Origin: Candidatus Multivoradales bacterium
GTDB lineage: Bacteria; Acidobacteriota; Thermoanaerobaculia; Multivoradales; J023
Length of the DNA stretch: 64,000 nucleotides
Direction of reading: 5' to 3'
Assembly: GCA_965248925.1 (NCBI GenBank)
Contig: CBDFLE010000006.1
Span: forward strand, 3,077,953-3,141,952
In this document: positions 19,177 to 29,154 of the stretch, piece after piece
How the letters are laid out: every line of letters begins with the position of its first letter
Position numbering within the stretch: the stretch's first letter is position 1
Notes under the pieces: generated by a model
Told to the model about the DNA's origin: nothing
Database searches by the model: none
The model's input: the letters and a program-made list of their open reading frames with translations, nothing else
Position numbers and translations under genes: made by a program

Positions 19177-19644
19177 GTGGGTCAGAAGATAAGCGTCGAG
19201 GTCAACGGCGAAACCTACGCGAGAGAAGTTGAACCGCGGCTATTGCTGGTTCATTTTCTGCGCGACGAACTGGGTTTGACCGGCACCAATGTCGGTTGTG
19301 AGACCAGCCTGTGTGGAGCTTGTACGGTTCATGTCGACGGCCAAGCGGTGAAGAGCTGCACCCAACTAGCGGTGCAGGCCGACGGCGCGGCGATCACCAC
19401 CATCGAGGGTCTTGCTGATGGCGATCAGCTACATCCGCTGCAGCAAGCGTTCTGGGACGAGCATGGCCTGCAATGTGGCTACTGCACGCCGGGCATGATC
19501 ATGGCCGCGGCCGATCTTCTGGCCAACAATCCCCATCCTGATGAGCAGGCCATTCGCCAGGGACTCAAAGGCAATGTTTGTCGCTGCACCGGCTACCACA
19601 ACATCGTCAAAGCGGTGCAGCGAGCGGCGGGAGGTGAAGGGTGA
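19177..19644 (+). CDS. coxS: (2Fe-2S)-binding small subunit of a xanthine-dehydrogenase-family molybdoenzyme (CoxS-like)
   Basis: [12 protein letters not shown] and CGYCTPG...CRCTGY cluster motifs. GTG 19177 lies 8 nt after AAGGGAGG. Confidence 0.9.
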   Translation: MGQKISVEVNGETYAREVEPRLLLVHFLRDELGLTGTNVGCETSLCGACTVHVDGQAVKSCTQLAVQADGAAITTIEGLADGDQLHPLQQAFWDEHGLQCGYCTPGMIMAAADLLANNPHPDEQAIRQGLKGNVCRCTGYHNIVKAVQRAAGGEG

Positions 19645-22007
19645 GCGGCATCATTGGCAGTTCCATCAAGCGGCGTGAAGATCCCGAGCTGATCACCGGC
19701 GAGGGCCTCTACACCGACGATCTAAAACGCCCCGGCATGCTCTTCGCGGCGATTGTTCGCAGCCCCTACGCCCATGCCCGTATTCTCAGCATCGACACTT
19801 CGGCGGCCTCGGCTTTGCCGGGAGTGGTCGCGGTTTACACCGGTGCTGATCTACGCCCCGCGGGTGCTGCGGGCGGCTTGATTCCCACCGGTTGGTTGCT
19901 GCCCGACATCAAGACTCCGGACCATCCGATCCTGGCCACCGAGAAGGTGCGCTACGTCGGCGACGGGGTGGCGGTGGTAGTCGCCGAGGGTCGCTACGTC
20001 GCTCGTGACGCGATGGATCTGGTGGAGGTCGACTACGAGCCGCTTGAGGCGGCGGTCGACCCGCGCGCCACCACCGAAGAAGGGGCGCCGCGGATCCATG
20101 CCGAGGCGCCGAACAACATCTCCTTCGACTGGGATTTGGGCGACGCAGAGAAGACCGAGGCTGCTTTCGCCGTCGCCACCAAGACGGCGCGACTCGACCT
20201 GCGCAACAACCGGTTGATTCCCCACGCCATCGAGCCGCGGGCGGCTTTGGCCGAGTGGAATGCCCGCAAGGGTGAGCTGACCCTGCACTTGACGACGCAG
20301 AATCCCCACCTACATCGGCTGCTAATGACCTTGGCCTCGATGGGCTTGCCCGAGCACAAGATGCGCATCGTGGCGCCAGAAGTGGGAGGCGGCTTTGGCT
20401 CCAAGATCCATCACTACCCGGATGAGGCGATCACCTGCTGGTGCGCCATTCGCCTCGGCCGACCGGTGAAGTGGACGGCGACGCGGTCAGAGACCAACCT
20501 CACCGACGCCCACGGTCGCGACCACGTTTCGGTAGCTGAAATCGCTCTCGACGACGACGGCAAGATCCTCGGCCTACGAGTCGCGACCTGGGCCGCCATG
20601 GGCGCCTACCTGTCGACTTTTGCGCCGGCGGTGCCGACCTGGCTCTACGGCACCCTGATGTCGGGTCAGTACGATATTCCGGCGATCTACGTGCATGTGT
20701 TCGGCACCTTCACCAACACTGCGCCGGTCGATGCCTACCGTGGCGCCGGGCGCCCCGAGGCGACCTTTGTGGTCGAACGCCTGCTCGATGCGGCGGCCGA
20801 AGTCTGCGACCTCGATCCGGTCGAGATCCGCCGCCGCAACTTCATCGGTCCCAACGATTTCCCCTACGCCACCCAGGTGGCGCTGGAATACGATAGCGGC
20901 AACTATGAGCCGGCCCTCGACCGGGCGCTCGAGATGGCAGGGTATGTCGAGCTGCGCCGAGAGCAAGAGCGGCGGCGGGCCGCCGGCGGCAAATTGCTCG
21001 GCATCGGCCTGGCGAGCTACATCGAAGCCTGCGGCTTGGCCCCTTCGCAAGTGGTGGGCGCCTTGGGCGCTCAGGCCGGTCTGTGGGAGAGCGCCAAGAT
21101 TCGCGTTCACCCCAGCGGCGTGGTGACCGTCTACACCGGTACCTCGGCCCATGGCCAAGGGCACCACACCACCTTCGCCCAGATCGTTGCCGACCGCCTA
21201 GGCGTCGATGTCGACCAAGTCCAGGTGGTGCATGGGGACACTCACAGCGTGCAATTCGGCATGGGCACCTACGGTAGCCGTTCGGCGGCGGTCGGTGGTA
21301 GTGCCATCGCCGAAGCGGCCGACAAGGTGATCGTCAAAGCGAAAAAGATCGCCGCCCACCTGCTCGAAGCGTCTGCCGAAGACATCGAATTCGAAGGCGG
21401 TGAGTTCCGCGTCAAGGGGGTGCCGGCGAAGACCCAGGCCTGGGGGGATGTGGTCTTGCAGGCATATCTGGCGCACGATATGCCCGAAGGGCTCGAACCG
21501 GGGCTGGAAGAGACCTCGTTCTACGATCCGTCGAACTTCGTTTATCCCTTCGGTACTCATATTGCGGTGGTCGAGATCGATGCCGAGACCGGCGAGGTCG
21601 AGCTGCTGCGATATATCGCGGTCGACGATTGTGGCAATGTGATCAACCCGATGATTGTCGATGGCCAGGTCCACGGTGGCGTCGCCCAGGGTATTGGCCA
21701 GGCCCTGTGGGAGGGGGCGGTCTACGACGACGCTGGCCAGCTGCTCACCGGAACCATGCTCGACTACGCCCTGCCCCGAGCGCACCAGCTGGTGTCGTTC
21801 GAGACCGACCGCACGGTCACCCCGTGTCCGCACAACCCCCTCGGGGTCAAGGGCATTGGCGAGGCGGGTGCGATCGCTTCGCCAGCGGCGGTCACCAACG
21901 CGGTGGTCGATGCCCTCAAGCACAAAGGGGTCACTAACTTGGATATGCCCCACACCGCCGAGCGGGTGTGGCGAGCGATGAACTCCGCCAGCCAGGGTGG
22001 GAGGTAG
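19641..22007 (+). CDS. coxL: Molybdopterin-binding large subunit, form-II CoxL-like
   Basis: 788 aa of the aldehyde oxidase/xanthine dehydrogenase a/b hammerhead plus Mo-binding type. The active-site loop reads [11 protein letters not shown] (form-II AYRGAGR, not form-I AYRCSFR). The GTGA start overlaps the coxS stop. Confidence 0.9.
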   Translation: MSGIIGSSIKRREDPELITGEGLYTDDLKRPGMLFAAIVRSPYAHARILSIDTSAASALPGVVAVYTGADLRPAGAAGGLIPTGWLLPDIKTPDHPILATEKVRYVGDGVAVVVAEGRYVARDAMDLVEVDYEPLEAAVDPRATTEEGAPRIHAEAPNNISFDWDLGDAEKTEAAFAVATKTARLDLRNNRLIPHAIEPRAALAEWNARKGELTLHLTTQNPHLHRLLMTLASMGLPEHKMRIVAPEVGGGFGSKIHHYPDEAITCWCAIRLGRPVKWTATRSETNLTDAHGRDHVSVAEIALDDDGKILGLRVATWAAMGAYLSTFAPAVPTWLYGTLMSGQYDIPAIYVHVFGTFTNTAPVDAYRGAGRPEATFVVERLLDAAAEVCDLDPVEIRRRNFIGPNDFPYATQVALEYDSGNYEPALDRALEMAGYVELRREQERRRAAGGKLLGIGLASYIEACGLAPSQVVGALGAQAGLWESAKIRVHPSGVVTVYTGTSAHGQGHHTTFAQIVADRLGVDVDQVQVVHGDTHSVQFGMGTYGSRSAAVGGSAIAEAADKVIVKAKKIAAHLLEASAEDIEFEGGEFRVKGVPAKTQAWGDVVLQAYLAHDMPEGLEPGLEETSFYDPSNFVYPFGTHIAVVEIDAETGEVELLRYIAVDDCGNVINPMIVDGQVHGGVAQGIGQALWEGAVYDDAGQLLTGTMLDYALPRAHQLVSFETDRTVTPCPHNPLGVKGIGEAGAIASPAAVTNAVVDALKHKGVTNLDMPHTAERVWRAMNSASQGGR

Positions 22008-22011
22008 AGAG

Positions 22012-22863
22012 ATGTTTCCTGCCAATTTCGACTATCACCGGGTGGACAATGTCGCCGCCGCCGTTCGCCTGCTCGGCCAGAACCCCGACGCCAAGTTGCT
22101 GGCTGGTGGGCACAGCTTGATCCCGATGATGAAGTTCCGCCTGGCGGCTCCCTCGGCGTTGATCGACATCGGTCGCATCGCTGCTTTGCGTGGGGTTAGC
22201 GAGGCCGACGGGCGCATCCGCATTGGCGCGCTGACCACCCACGCGGAGGTGGCGGCGTCTGGATTGCTGCTCCAGCGTTGTCCGATGCTCGCCGAGACGG
22301 CGCACAAGATCGCCGATCCGGCGGTGCGCAACAAGGGCACGGTGGGGGGCAACATTGCTCACGCCGATCCCGCGTCCGACCTGCCGGCGGTGCTGGTAGC
22401 GCTCGGCGCCACGGTGCATCTGGAGGGGCCTGATGGGCTGCGGCAAGTAGCGGCGGCCGACTTCTTCACCGGTCTGCTCGAGAGCGATGTCCGCGCCGAC
22501 GAGGTGTTGATCGCCATCGATTTTGCTTGGCGAAAGCCTGGTGCTGCCGGGGTCTATCTGAAAGTCGAGAACCCAGCTTCCGGCTACGCGGTCTGCGGTG
22601 CTGCGGCGATAGTTCGCGCCGGTGTCGCTTCCGCGCTGTGCTTCAACGGCATCACCGCCACCCCGCTGGTGGCCACCGCGGTCTGCGACGCCCTGGCTGG
22701 CTCGGACCTGTCCGACGCCGCCATCGCTAGCGCGGTCGACCAGCATCTGGCGGTCGCCGAGCCCCTGTACGATCTACACGCCTCGGGTGAATACCGCGTA
22801 CACCTGGCCAAGACCTACGGCCAGCGGGCGCTGCGAGCAGCCCGTGATCTGGCCCGCGGCTAA
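22012..22863 (+). CDS. coxM: FAD-binding medium subunit (CoxM-like)
   Basis: [43 protein letters not shown] is the FAD_binding_5 pattern. Confidence 0.9.
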   Translation: MFPANFDYHRVDNVAAAVRLLGQNPDAKLLAGGHSLIPMMKFRLAAPSALIDIGRIAALRGVSEADGRIRIGALTTHAEVAASGLLLQRCPMLAETAHKIADPAVRNKGTVGGNIAHADPASDLPAVLVALGATVHLEGPDGLRQVAAADFFTGLLESDVRADEVLIAIDFAWRKPGAAGVYLKVENPASGYAVCGAAAIVRAGVASALCFNGITATPLVATAVCDALAGSDLSDAAIASAVDQHLAVAEPLYDLHASGEYRVHLAKTYGQRALRAARDLARG

Positions 22864-23771
22864 TGGCTAAAGGGGTCGTCGAGTCGGTCGACGACCTGCG
22901 ACAGAGGTTGAGCGAAGCGGGCTATCTCGCCGAACATAGCCTCGCCACCGCCGCTTTTCTGGCGCTGCGTTTGCAGCGCCCTCTTCTGCTTGAAGGCGAA
23001 GCCGGGGTCGGCAAGACCGAATTGGCCAAGGCGTTGGCGGCGGTGCTCGGTGGTCGGCTGATCCGCCTGCAATGCTACGAAGGGCTCGATATCTCAGCGG
23101 CGGTCTACGAGTGGGACTACGCCCGCCAGCTGCTGGAGCTACGTTTGTTGGAGGCCGCCGGCAAGGTCGATCCAGCGACCGCTCGGCAACAGCTCTTCGG
23201 CGCCGATTTCCTGCTCGAACGACCGCTGTTGCAAGCTCTGCGCAACGGCGATGGGCCGCCGCCGGTGCTGCTGATCGATGAGCTGGATCGCGCCGACGAG
23301 GAATTCGAGGCATTCCTACTGGAGATCCTCTCCGACTTCCAGATCACCATTCCCGAACTTGGCACCTTGGTTGCCGAACGACCGCCGGTGGTGGTGCTGA
23401 CCTCCAACCGCACCCGCGAAGTCCACGACGCGCTGCGCCGCCGCTGTCTCTACCACTGGATCGACTATCCCCCCTTCGACAAAGAGCTGCGAATCGTCCA
23501 GGCGAAAGTCCCCGACGCCGCCGCCGGTCTGCACCGACAAGTGGTCGAATTCGTCCACCTTCTACGTCAAGAAGACCTCTACAAACGCCCCGGCGTGGCC
23601 GAGACCCTGGACTGGGCCCAAGCGTTGGTCGCCCTCGACCACAAGGCGCTAGATCCGGAAGCGATCGGCTCAACCCTGGGGGCGTTGCTCAAGTACCAGG
23701 ACGACATCGAGCAAGTCCGCGGCGCCACGGTCGAGCGCGCCCTGGTGCGAATAGGAGCAGCAGATCCCTGA
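22863..23771 (+). CDS. coxD: MoxR-family AAA+ ATPase (CoxD-like maturation factor)
   Basis: Walker A LLLEGEAGVGKTELAKAL and Walker B VLLIDELDRA. Position after coxSLM. Confidence 0.85.
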   Translation: MAKGVVESVDDLRQRLSEAGYLAEHSLATAAFLALRLQRPLLLEGEAGVGKTELAKALAAVLGGRLIRLQCYEGLDISAAVYEWDYARQLLELRLLEAAGKVDPATARQQLFGADFLLERPLLQALRNGDGPPPVLLIDELDRADEEFEAFLLEILSDFQITIPELGTLVAERPPVVVLTSNRTREVHDALRRRCLYHWIDYPPFDKELRIVQAKVPDAAAGLHRQVVEFVHLLRQEDLYKRPGVAETLDWAQALVALDHKALDPEAIGSTLGALLKYQDDIEQVRGATVERALVRIGAADP

Positions 23772-23782
23772 ATCGTTCTGAG

Positions 23783-24175
23783 CTAGCGGGTCAGGATTGA
23801 TAGCTGTTCGGCGGCGACTAGCTTCTGGTCCACCGTGACGAGGGTCAAGTCATAGACCAAGGCCGTTGCTGCGATGAAGTGGTCGGCTGGGTCGTTGTGC
23901 GGCAAACTCAAAGTCGACACTGTTTTGGCCACTTCGAAATTGCAGGCGGCCTCTCTCATCGGTACCGACTCGAAAACGCAGTGGGTCCATTCTTGAAATG
24001 AACCCTGGACCCGGAGGCGGCCTTTTTGGACCAGGATCCATGTTTCCCAGAGGGTTATGGGTGCCAGACAGCATCGGCCAACAGCGTCTTCGATGGCATT
24101 TCTTAGGCTCTGCGGCAAGTCCTTGGAACCCAAAACGTACCAGATTCAAATATGAGTATCGAGTAGCAGGCGCAC
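23783..24175 (-). pseudogene. vapC: PIN-domain VapC toxin interrupted by an in-frame TGA at codon 10
   Basis: The minus strand reads GTG CGC CTG CTA CTC GAT ACT CAT ATT TGA ATC TGG TAC GTT TTG GGT..., i.e. (M)RLLLDTHI*IWYVLGSKDLPQSL.... GTG overlaps the antitoxin TAG by 1 nt. The stop at 24146-24148 separates the first catalytic Asp (LLLDTH) from the rest of the PIN fold (...PHNDPADHFIAATALVYDLTLVTVD). Confidence 0.65.
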
Positions 24176-24414
24176 TAGCGCAGTGCCTTCCAGTCCTTTT
24201 CGGGCAGCGGGCTCACGATATCCCCCAGCACCTCTGCCGTTCCTTTCATACAACCAAAGAGGCTCTTGCCTTTTGGCTCGGGCCTCGGCGGTGGTTGGAT
24301 TTGGGCCACCGGTTTGCCACGTCGGGTTACGAGGATCGGCTCACCCGTCTTGCGTACTCTCTCGAGAGTTGCCAGGCAAGTTGCTTTGAAATGAGAGATA
24401 GCGATCATTTCCAT
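24175..24414 (-). CDS. Phd/YefM-family antitoxin
   Basis: MEMIAISHFKATCLATLERVRKTGEPILVTRRGKPVAQIQP is the typical prevent-host-death N-terminal fold signature. Confidence 0.75.
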   Translation of the reverse strand: MEMIAISHFKATCLATLERVRKTGEPILVTRRGKPVAQIQPPPRPEPKGKSLFGCMKGTAEVLGDIVSPLPEKDWKALR

Positions 24415-24523
24415 AAGCTCAAGCTACTATGGTCCGATCATATGGTCAACTGCTTGGCGACGCCAAAGCGAGGTCGATACCCGAGAGCCCGCGCCGGCAG
24501 GGGGAAGGGAGTACCATATCTAA

Positions 24524-25732
24524 ATGACCATCGATACGTCAGCGGCAGGGGGCCACCTCTTGCACAATGTCGTGGTCTTCGTTCGTCTGCTGCGCCAGAT
24601 GGGCTTGCCGGTAGGGCCACCACAGGTGCAGGCGTTGGTCGAGGCGTTGGGCCAGGTCGACCTCGGGTCGCGGGCCGAGGTGCGGGCGGCGGCGCGGGCG
24701 GTGTTGGTCGGGCGGCGCTCGGAGTTGGGGCTTTTCGACAGGGTGTTCGAACTCTTTTGGCGGGCCGGGCAAGAGGGAGCGGATCTCGGGATTGGCAGCG
24801 GCAGCTTCTTGCGCCGGGCCAGACGTGCGGCAGCACAGACCCTAGCCCACTCGCCCGCAGCGGACGGCTCGGCGCCGCAGATCGAGTCGCTGGAGACCGT
24901 GGTCGAGAAGCACTTCACCTACAGCGACCGCGAGCTGCTGCGGCACAAGGACTTTGCCGAACTCACCCGCGAGGAACATTTGCAAGTGCGCCAGCTGTTG
25001 CGCCGGGGTGCTTTACAGCTGGCTCCGCGTCGCTGTCGCCGCCGGGTGGCGTCCCAGCGCGGAGCCACTTTCGATTTGCGGCGCTCGTTGCGTCGCTCGC
25101 TAGCTTATGGCGGCGAGCTGATCGATCTGGCGTGGCGCGAGCGCAAGCTGCGCCGCCGGCCATTGGTGGTGTTGTGCGACATCAGCGGTTCGATGGAGCC
25201 CTATGCGCGCCTCTTTCTGGAGTTGATCTACTCCCTGAGAACCGCCACCGACCGGCTGGAGGCGTTTGTCTTCGCTACTCGACTGACCCGCATCACCCTT
25301 CAATTGCAGCATCGCGATGTCGATCAGGCGTTGCGCCGGGCGGCGGCGGTGGTGGTCGATTGGGGCGGCGGCACACGCATTGGCGAGTCGATCAAACGGT
25401 TTAACTTTGATTGGGCGCGGCGGGTGCTCGGCCACGGCGCGGTGGTGATGGTGATCAGCGATGGCTGGGATCGGGGCGAGGTCGATTTGTTGCAGCGCGA
25501 GGTGGCACGATTGGCGCGTAACTCGAGTCGGCTGATGTGGCTCAATCCGCTGCTCGGCAGCGCCGGCTACGAACCTCTGACCCGAGGGATCCGGGCGGTC
25601 TTGCCGCATGTGGACGATTTTCTACCGCTGCATAATTTGGCCAGCCTGGAGCAGCTGGCCGAACAGCTGCGGCGACTCGATCATCCGACCCGTCGGCCAG
25701 CGGGTCATCGAGGAGAGGCCAGACATGCGTGA
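24524..25732 (+). CDS. coxE: VWA-domain protein (CoxE-like)
   Basis: The C-terminal VWA has a MIDAS-like VVLCDISGSM and MVISDGWDRG. Typical partner of the MoxR ATPase in cox clusters. Confidence 0.85.
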   Translation: MTIDTSAAGGHLLHNVVVFVRLLRQMGLPVGPPQVQALVEALGQVDLGSRAEVRAAARAVLVGRRSELGLFDRVFELFWRAGQEGADLGIGSGSFLRRARRAAAQTLAHSPAADGSAPQIESLETVVEKHFTYSDRELLRHKDFAELTREEHLQVRQLLRRGALQLAPRRCRRRVASQRGATFDLRRSLRRSLAYGGELIDLAWRERKLRRRPLVVLCDISGSMEPYARLFLELIYSLRTATDRLEAFVFATRLTRITLQLQHRDVDQALRRAAAVVVDWGGGTRIGESIKRFNFDWARRVLGHGAVVMVISDGWDRGEVDLLQREVARLARNSSRLMWLNPLLGSAGYEPLTRGIRAVLPHVDDFLPLHNLASLEQLAEQLRRLDHPTRRPAGHRGEARHA

Positions 25733-26801
25733 GGTAATGCCACAGATCGAGGCTTGGTTGGCCAGCGGCCAGCGGGTGGCCGTAGCGACGGTGGTCAAGG
25801 TGTGGGGCTCGGCGCCGCGTCCGTTGGGTTCAAAGATGGCGATCTCCAGCTCTGGCGAGATGGTTGGATCGGTCAGCGGCGGCTGTGTCGAAGGGGCGAT
25901 CTTCGAGGAAGCCCAATCGGTGCTCGCTGACGGTCGTGCCAAGCTGGTGGGCTACGGTATCAGCAACGACCAAGCCTGGGCGATCGGCCTGTCCTGTGGC
26001 GGCCGCATCGAGGTGTTCATCGAGGCTCTGCCGCGGTCGGAGCGGGGCGAAGTTGGCGAGATCTTTGCCGGTCTTCGTCGCTCCTTGGCTGAAGAAAAGC
26101 TGGTGGCGGTGGCGACGATAGTTGCGGGTCCGGGTCTGGGTCGTCAGCTTCTGCTGCGCCCTGCGGTAGAGCCCGTGGGTAGCCTCGGTGGTAGCAAGCT
26201 CGACCAACAAGCGGTTGCCCGCGCCACCCTGGCCGTCGGTTGCTTGGCCGCGCAGCGTTTTTCGGTGGATCTCGAAGGTGAGTCTATCGATGTCTTTCTC
26301 GAAGTCCACGCGCCCCGTGCCCAACTGGTGATTATCGGCGCGGTGCATGTAGCTGTGGCGTTGGTCGACTACGCTCGGGTGCTGGGTTTGCGCACCGTGG
26401 TAATCGATCCCCGCACCGCCTTTGCCACCGCGGAGCGCTTTGCCGGCGCCGATCGGCTGATCACAGAGTGGCCGCAAGAAGCCCTGGCCGAGGTGTCGCT
26501 CAACGAGTCGACCTCGGTGGCCTTGCTCAGTCACGACCTCAAACTCGACCTGCCAGCGCTGCAGATCGTGTTGCGCCGGCCGGTGCGCTACATCGGTGCT
26601 CTGGGCTCGAAGAAGACCCACGCCAAGCGGGTCGCGGCGCTGCGAGAGGGTGGCTTCAGTGAAGCTGAGATCGGTCGTATTCACAACCCGATTGGGTTGA
26701 ATCTAGGCGGCCGCCGGGCCGAGGAGATTGCCCTTTCAGTGCTCGCCGAGGTGGTGGCGGTCAGCCACGGCCTCGACTATCGACCGCTCGCGGAGGGCTA
26801 G
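25725..26801 (+). CDS. XdhC/CoxI-family molybdoenzyme maturation protein
   Basis: VATVVKVWGSAPRPLGSKMAISSSGEMVGSVSGGCVE and the Rossmann-like LVIIGAVHVAVAL. ATG 25725 overlaps the coxE stop. Confidence 0.85.
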   Translation: MREVMPQIEAWLASGQRVAVATVVKVWGSAPRPLGSKMAISSSGEMVGSVSGGCVEGAIFEEAQSVLADGRAKLVGYGISNDQAWAIGLSCGGRIEVFIEALPRSERGEVGEIFAGLRRSLAEEKLVAVATIVAGPGLGRQLLLRPAVEPVGSLGGSKLDQQAVARATLAVGCLAAQRFSVDLEGESIDVFLEVHAPRAQLVIIGAVHVAVALVDYARVLGLRTVVIDPRTAFATAERFAGADRLITEWPQEALAEVSLNESTSVALLSHDLKLDLPALQIVLRRPVRYIGALGSKKTHAKRVAALREGGFSEAEIGRIHNPIGLNLGGRRAEEIALSVLAEVVAVSHGLDYRPLAEG

Positions 26802-26803
26802 CC

Positions 26804-27424
26804 ATGACCCGAGCCACGTCGTGGGTCTCCGGGGTGCTGCTTGCGGCCGGCCGTTCGCGCCGCTTCGGCGTTGAGCGCCCCAAGCAGTTGGCCGAGTTTG
26901 AAGGCGAAGCGCTGGTGCGCCGTGCCGCTCGCCGGGTCTTGGAATCACGCCTCGACGAGCTGGTGGTGGTCGTTGGCCACTGCGCCGCCGAAGTCGAGGC
27001 GGCGCTGGCTGGATTGTCGGTGAAGTTCGCACGCAATCGCGCTTATGCTGCTGGCCAAAGCACCTCGGTAAGAGTCGGCGTCAAAGCGCTCGATCAACGC
27101 GCCAGCGCTGCCCTCTTTCTGCCTTGCGACCAACTCCATCTCCAGGCGCGCCATCTCGACCAGCTGATCGAGCTGTGGCTGGCGGAGGCTCCGCTGCTAG
27201 TGGTCGCCACCTGTAAAGGCCGACGCGGGTTGCCAACCCTCTTCGCCCGGCAGCTGTTCGCCGATTTACTGGAGCTGGAGGGAGATGAAGGCGGGCGCCA
27301 GATCCTTGGCCGGCATGAGGCGGACCTCCGCTCGGTCGAGCTCGACGATCCGTGGGCGCTGGTCGATATCGATACCGAGGCGGATCTCGAACGCTTGGCG
27401 CTCGGTGGCGGCTCTTCAAGTTGA
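26804..27424 (+). CDS. mocA: MobA/MocA-like nucleotidyltransferase (probable molybdenum cofactor cytidylyltransferase)
   Basis: GVLLAAGRSRRFG..PKQL N-terminal motif. Context with an MCD-dependent enzyme family. Confidence 0.75.
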   Translation: MTRATSWVSGVLLAAGRSRRFGVERPKQLAEFEGEALVRRAARRVLESRLDELVVVVGHCAAEVEAALAGLSVKFARNRAYAAGQSTSVRVGVKALDQRASAALFLPCDQLHLQARHLDQLIELWLAEAPLLVVATCKGRRGLPTLFARQLFADLLELEGDEGGRQILGRHEADLRSVELDDPWALVDIDTEADLERLALGGGSSS

Positions 27425-27619
27425 GCTGTCGAAGTCTGTAACTGTCCAATCCCCGAAGAGCAACGACGTTGCTGTCTGGAACGGGGAGATGTGCCAGTGC
27501 CCCGGTGGTCGCTGTCCGCAGATTGGGCGCGAAAGCTCGCCATGGACGATTTTTCTGGACTCCCGCCACCAAGTGCTTCATGCTGAATTTAGGATGAATG
27601 AGTAACAGGGGAGCACACG

Positions 27620-27892
27620 ATGCACCGCACGCAAGACACCTATCCGCTGAGCCATTTTCGCCAGCACACCGGTGATCACCTCAAGCGGCTCGAAGAGGGC
27701 CGGGTTGAAACCATCACCCAGAACGGTGCCGCCGCTATGGTCGTCATGAGCCCGGCGACCTACGACGCAATGGCGATCGAGCTTGAGCGCGGCCACCTCT
27801 GGGATCAAGCAATTGCCCGGTTTGATGCCGGGGAGAGAGGCGTGGACGCTATAGCAGCGATCGACCAGGTAGCAGCGCGACTGAAACGCTAG
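27620..27892 (+). CDS. Phd/YefM-family antitoxin
   Basis: PLSHFRQHTGDHLKRLEEGRVETITQNGAAAMVVMSPATYDAM. Located 2 nt upstream of a ParE-like ORF. Confidence 0.75.
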   Translation: MHRTQDTYPLSHFRQHTGDHLKRLEEGRVETITQNGAAAMVVMSPATYDAMAIELERGHLWDQAIARFDAGERGVDAIAAIDQVAARLKR

Positions 27893-27894
27893 TC

Positions 27895-28236
27895 ATGAGT
27901 GGAGCGGTGTATGAAGTTCGCCTCGATCCGGCCGCCCTTACCGCTCTCGATCAGGCCGCCGACTACATCGAAGCGCAATCCGGCACTGACCGCGCTATAG
28001 ATTGGCTCGCTGCCATGCGCGGTGGCATCGAAAAGCTTGAAACCTCCCCGCGCGCCTTCCCGGTCGTGTGCCTGAGGCGGGGCCGGCCGATCCACTCCAA
28101 GCTCGTCATGTCCCACCGTGTCTACTACTTCATCGATGAGCCCACATCCCTGGTCTACGTGATCGACCTTGTGCATACCGCGCGAGAGACCAAGCTGGCT
28201 ACCTACCGGGACCCGCAGGAAGGCAAGCAGCCGTGA
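27895..28236 (+). CDS. parE: ParE/RelE-superfamily toxin
   Basis: YEVRLDPAALTALDQAADYIEAQSG...RAIDWLAAMRGGIEKLETSPRAFP...HRVYYFIDEPTSLVYVIDLVHTARE is the ParE pattern. Confidence 0.75.
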   Translation: MSGAVYEVRLDPAALTALDQAADYIEAQSGTDRAIDWLAAMRGGIEKLETSPRAFPVVCLRRGRPIHSKLVMSHRVYYFIDEPTSLVYVIDLVHTARETKLATYRDPQEGKQP

Positions 28237-28601
28237 ACGAAGACACTGATATGGAACGACCATTTCCTCGATCGTAGCCAAGGAGACGGTCGTTCCATCA
28301 GGCCTACCAAGCCCACTAGGGCAACGTCATACTCGACCAGCTGCCAGCTCTTGTCGGACTTACCTGTATGGTAGGTGGTGGGGCGCCATCGGCCGAGGTT
28401 GGGGTCGAGCTGCGGGTGACGGCACCGTTTGAGCGACGCAATGAGAGTTGTGAGTTGCTTTTCGCAGCTGCTTTGTTGCTTTGTCTGGAGCGCCGCGAAG
28501 GATTTCCTGAATTTCTTGTCGAGCCACGTCGGTTTGTAGGGCCGAACCTCCCTCTCAGCCGGCTCTGAGGGTTTGCTTGACGTAGTCGGACGGGTCATCA
28601 A
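28203..28601 (-). CDS. Uncharacterised 132-aa partner of the Panacea-domain protein (putative toxin)
   Basis: The ORF overlaps the upstream gene by 47 nt and the parE 3' end by 34 nt on the opposite strand. KKFRKSFAALQTKQQ...LTTLIASL is loosely RelE/ParE-like, but I cannot place it. Start and true 3' extent are uncertain. Confidence 0.35.
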   Translation of the reverse strand: MMTRPTTSSKPSEPAEREVRPYKPTWLDKKFRKSFAALQTKQQSSCEKQLTTLIASLKRCRHPQLDPNLGRWRPTTYHTGKSDKSWQLVEYDVALVGLVGLMERPSPWLRSRKWSFHISVFVHGCLPSCGSR

Positions 28602-29154
28602 TAGGATCTCCCCAATGGGCTCGATTGCTCAAGTCGAGATCAGCAAGCTTGCGGGCGAAGCTCTGCCAGCCTGCCGCTAGTCGCGCGAAAGCGTTGCTGT
28701 CTTCCGCCGCCCGCTGGTTCGAACCCCAGATACTCATCTCCAAGTCGCTATTCAACGCCTTGGTGAGCTGTCCCAGGCTACCCGCATCCAAGTGCCCAAG
28801 CTCACGAGCCACCTCGTCGATGACCAGAAGTTCTTTCTCGTCTAAGCCGTTGCTATTCCCGGTGCCCAGTTTGATCAATTGGCCACCTTCCGAGAAGTCG
28901 TGTGCCTCGACCTTGAAATCAGGGGAAATATCCTCGTGTGAAATGGCTCGATAAATCTCGCGGGTGACGACTCCGTAGTCCCAGGTTTCGTGGATGCCTT
29001 CGGTAATTCGGTGTCCGAGAACCTGGTTGGCTACCACATCCACGAGATAGGGCAACTTGACGGCCTTGGTCTTGGTAATAGGGCCAAGTTGCTCGCAGAG
29101 ACGTGCCAGGACCGACTTCAGCTTGCGGGGCAGTGAATTCTGCGTGATGACCAT
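28555..29154 (-). CDS. Panacea (DUF4065, SocA-like) domain protein, putative antitoxin
   Basis: LKSVLARLCEQLGPITKTKAVKLPYLVDVVANQVLGHRITEGIHETWDYGVVTREIY follows the family pattern KTKLNKLLYFAD....LGRPITG..Y..L.HGPV as I recall it. Confidence 0.55.
   Translation of the reverse strand: MVITQNSLPRKLKSVLARLCEQLGPITKTKAVKLPYLVDVVANQVLGHRITEGIHETWDYGVVTREIYRAISHEDISPDFKVEAHDFSEGGQLIKLGTGNSNGLDEKELLVIDEVARELGHLDAGSLGQLTKALNSDLEMSIWGSNQRAAEDSNAFARLAAGWQSFARKLADLDLSNRAHWGDPIDDPSDYVKQTLRAG

Noticed and set aside
23361-23376. Exact sigma-54-type element TGGCAC-N5-TTGC.
   Set aside because: It lies inside the coxD coding sequence (codons for ELGTLVAE). No plus-strand gene start occurs for more than 1 kb downstream. 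It is most likely a chance match.
24146-24148. Stop-codon reassignment (TGA or TAG read as sense) as an explanation for the interrupted vapC and brnT (56803-56805).
   Set aside because: TGA terminates murC, ftsZ, coxS and others at their conserved ends. TAG terminates coxL, uvrA and the Phd antitoxin. The standard code therefore applies and the interruptions are genuine nonsense codons or errors.
23998-25404. 468-aa plus-strand ORF spanning the Phd/VapC locus and most of coxE.
   Set aside because: It is out of frame with the clearly VWA-type coxE product and antisense to the TA pair. The translation is Arg/Gly/Ala-rich with no motif.
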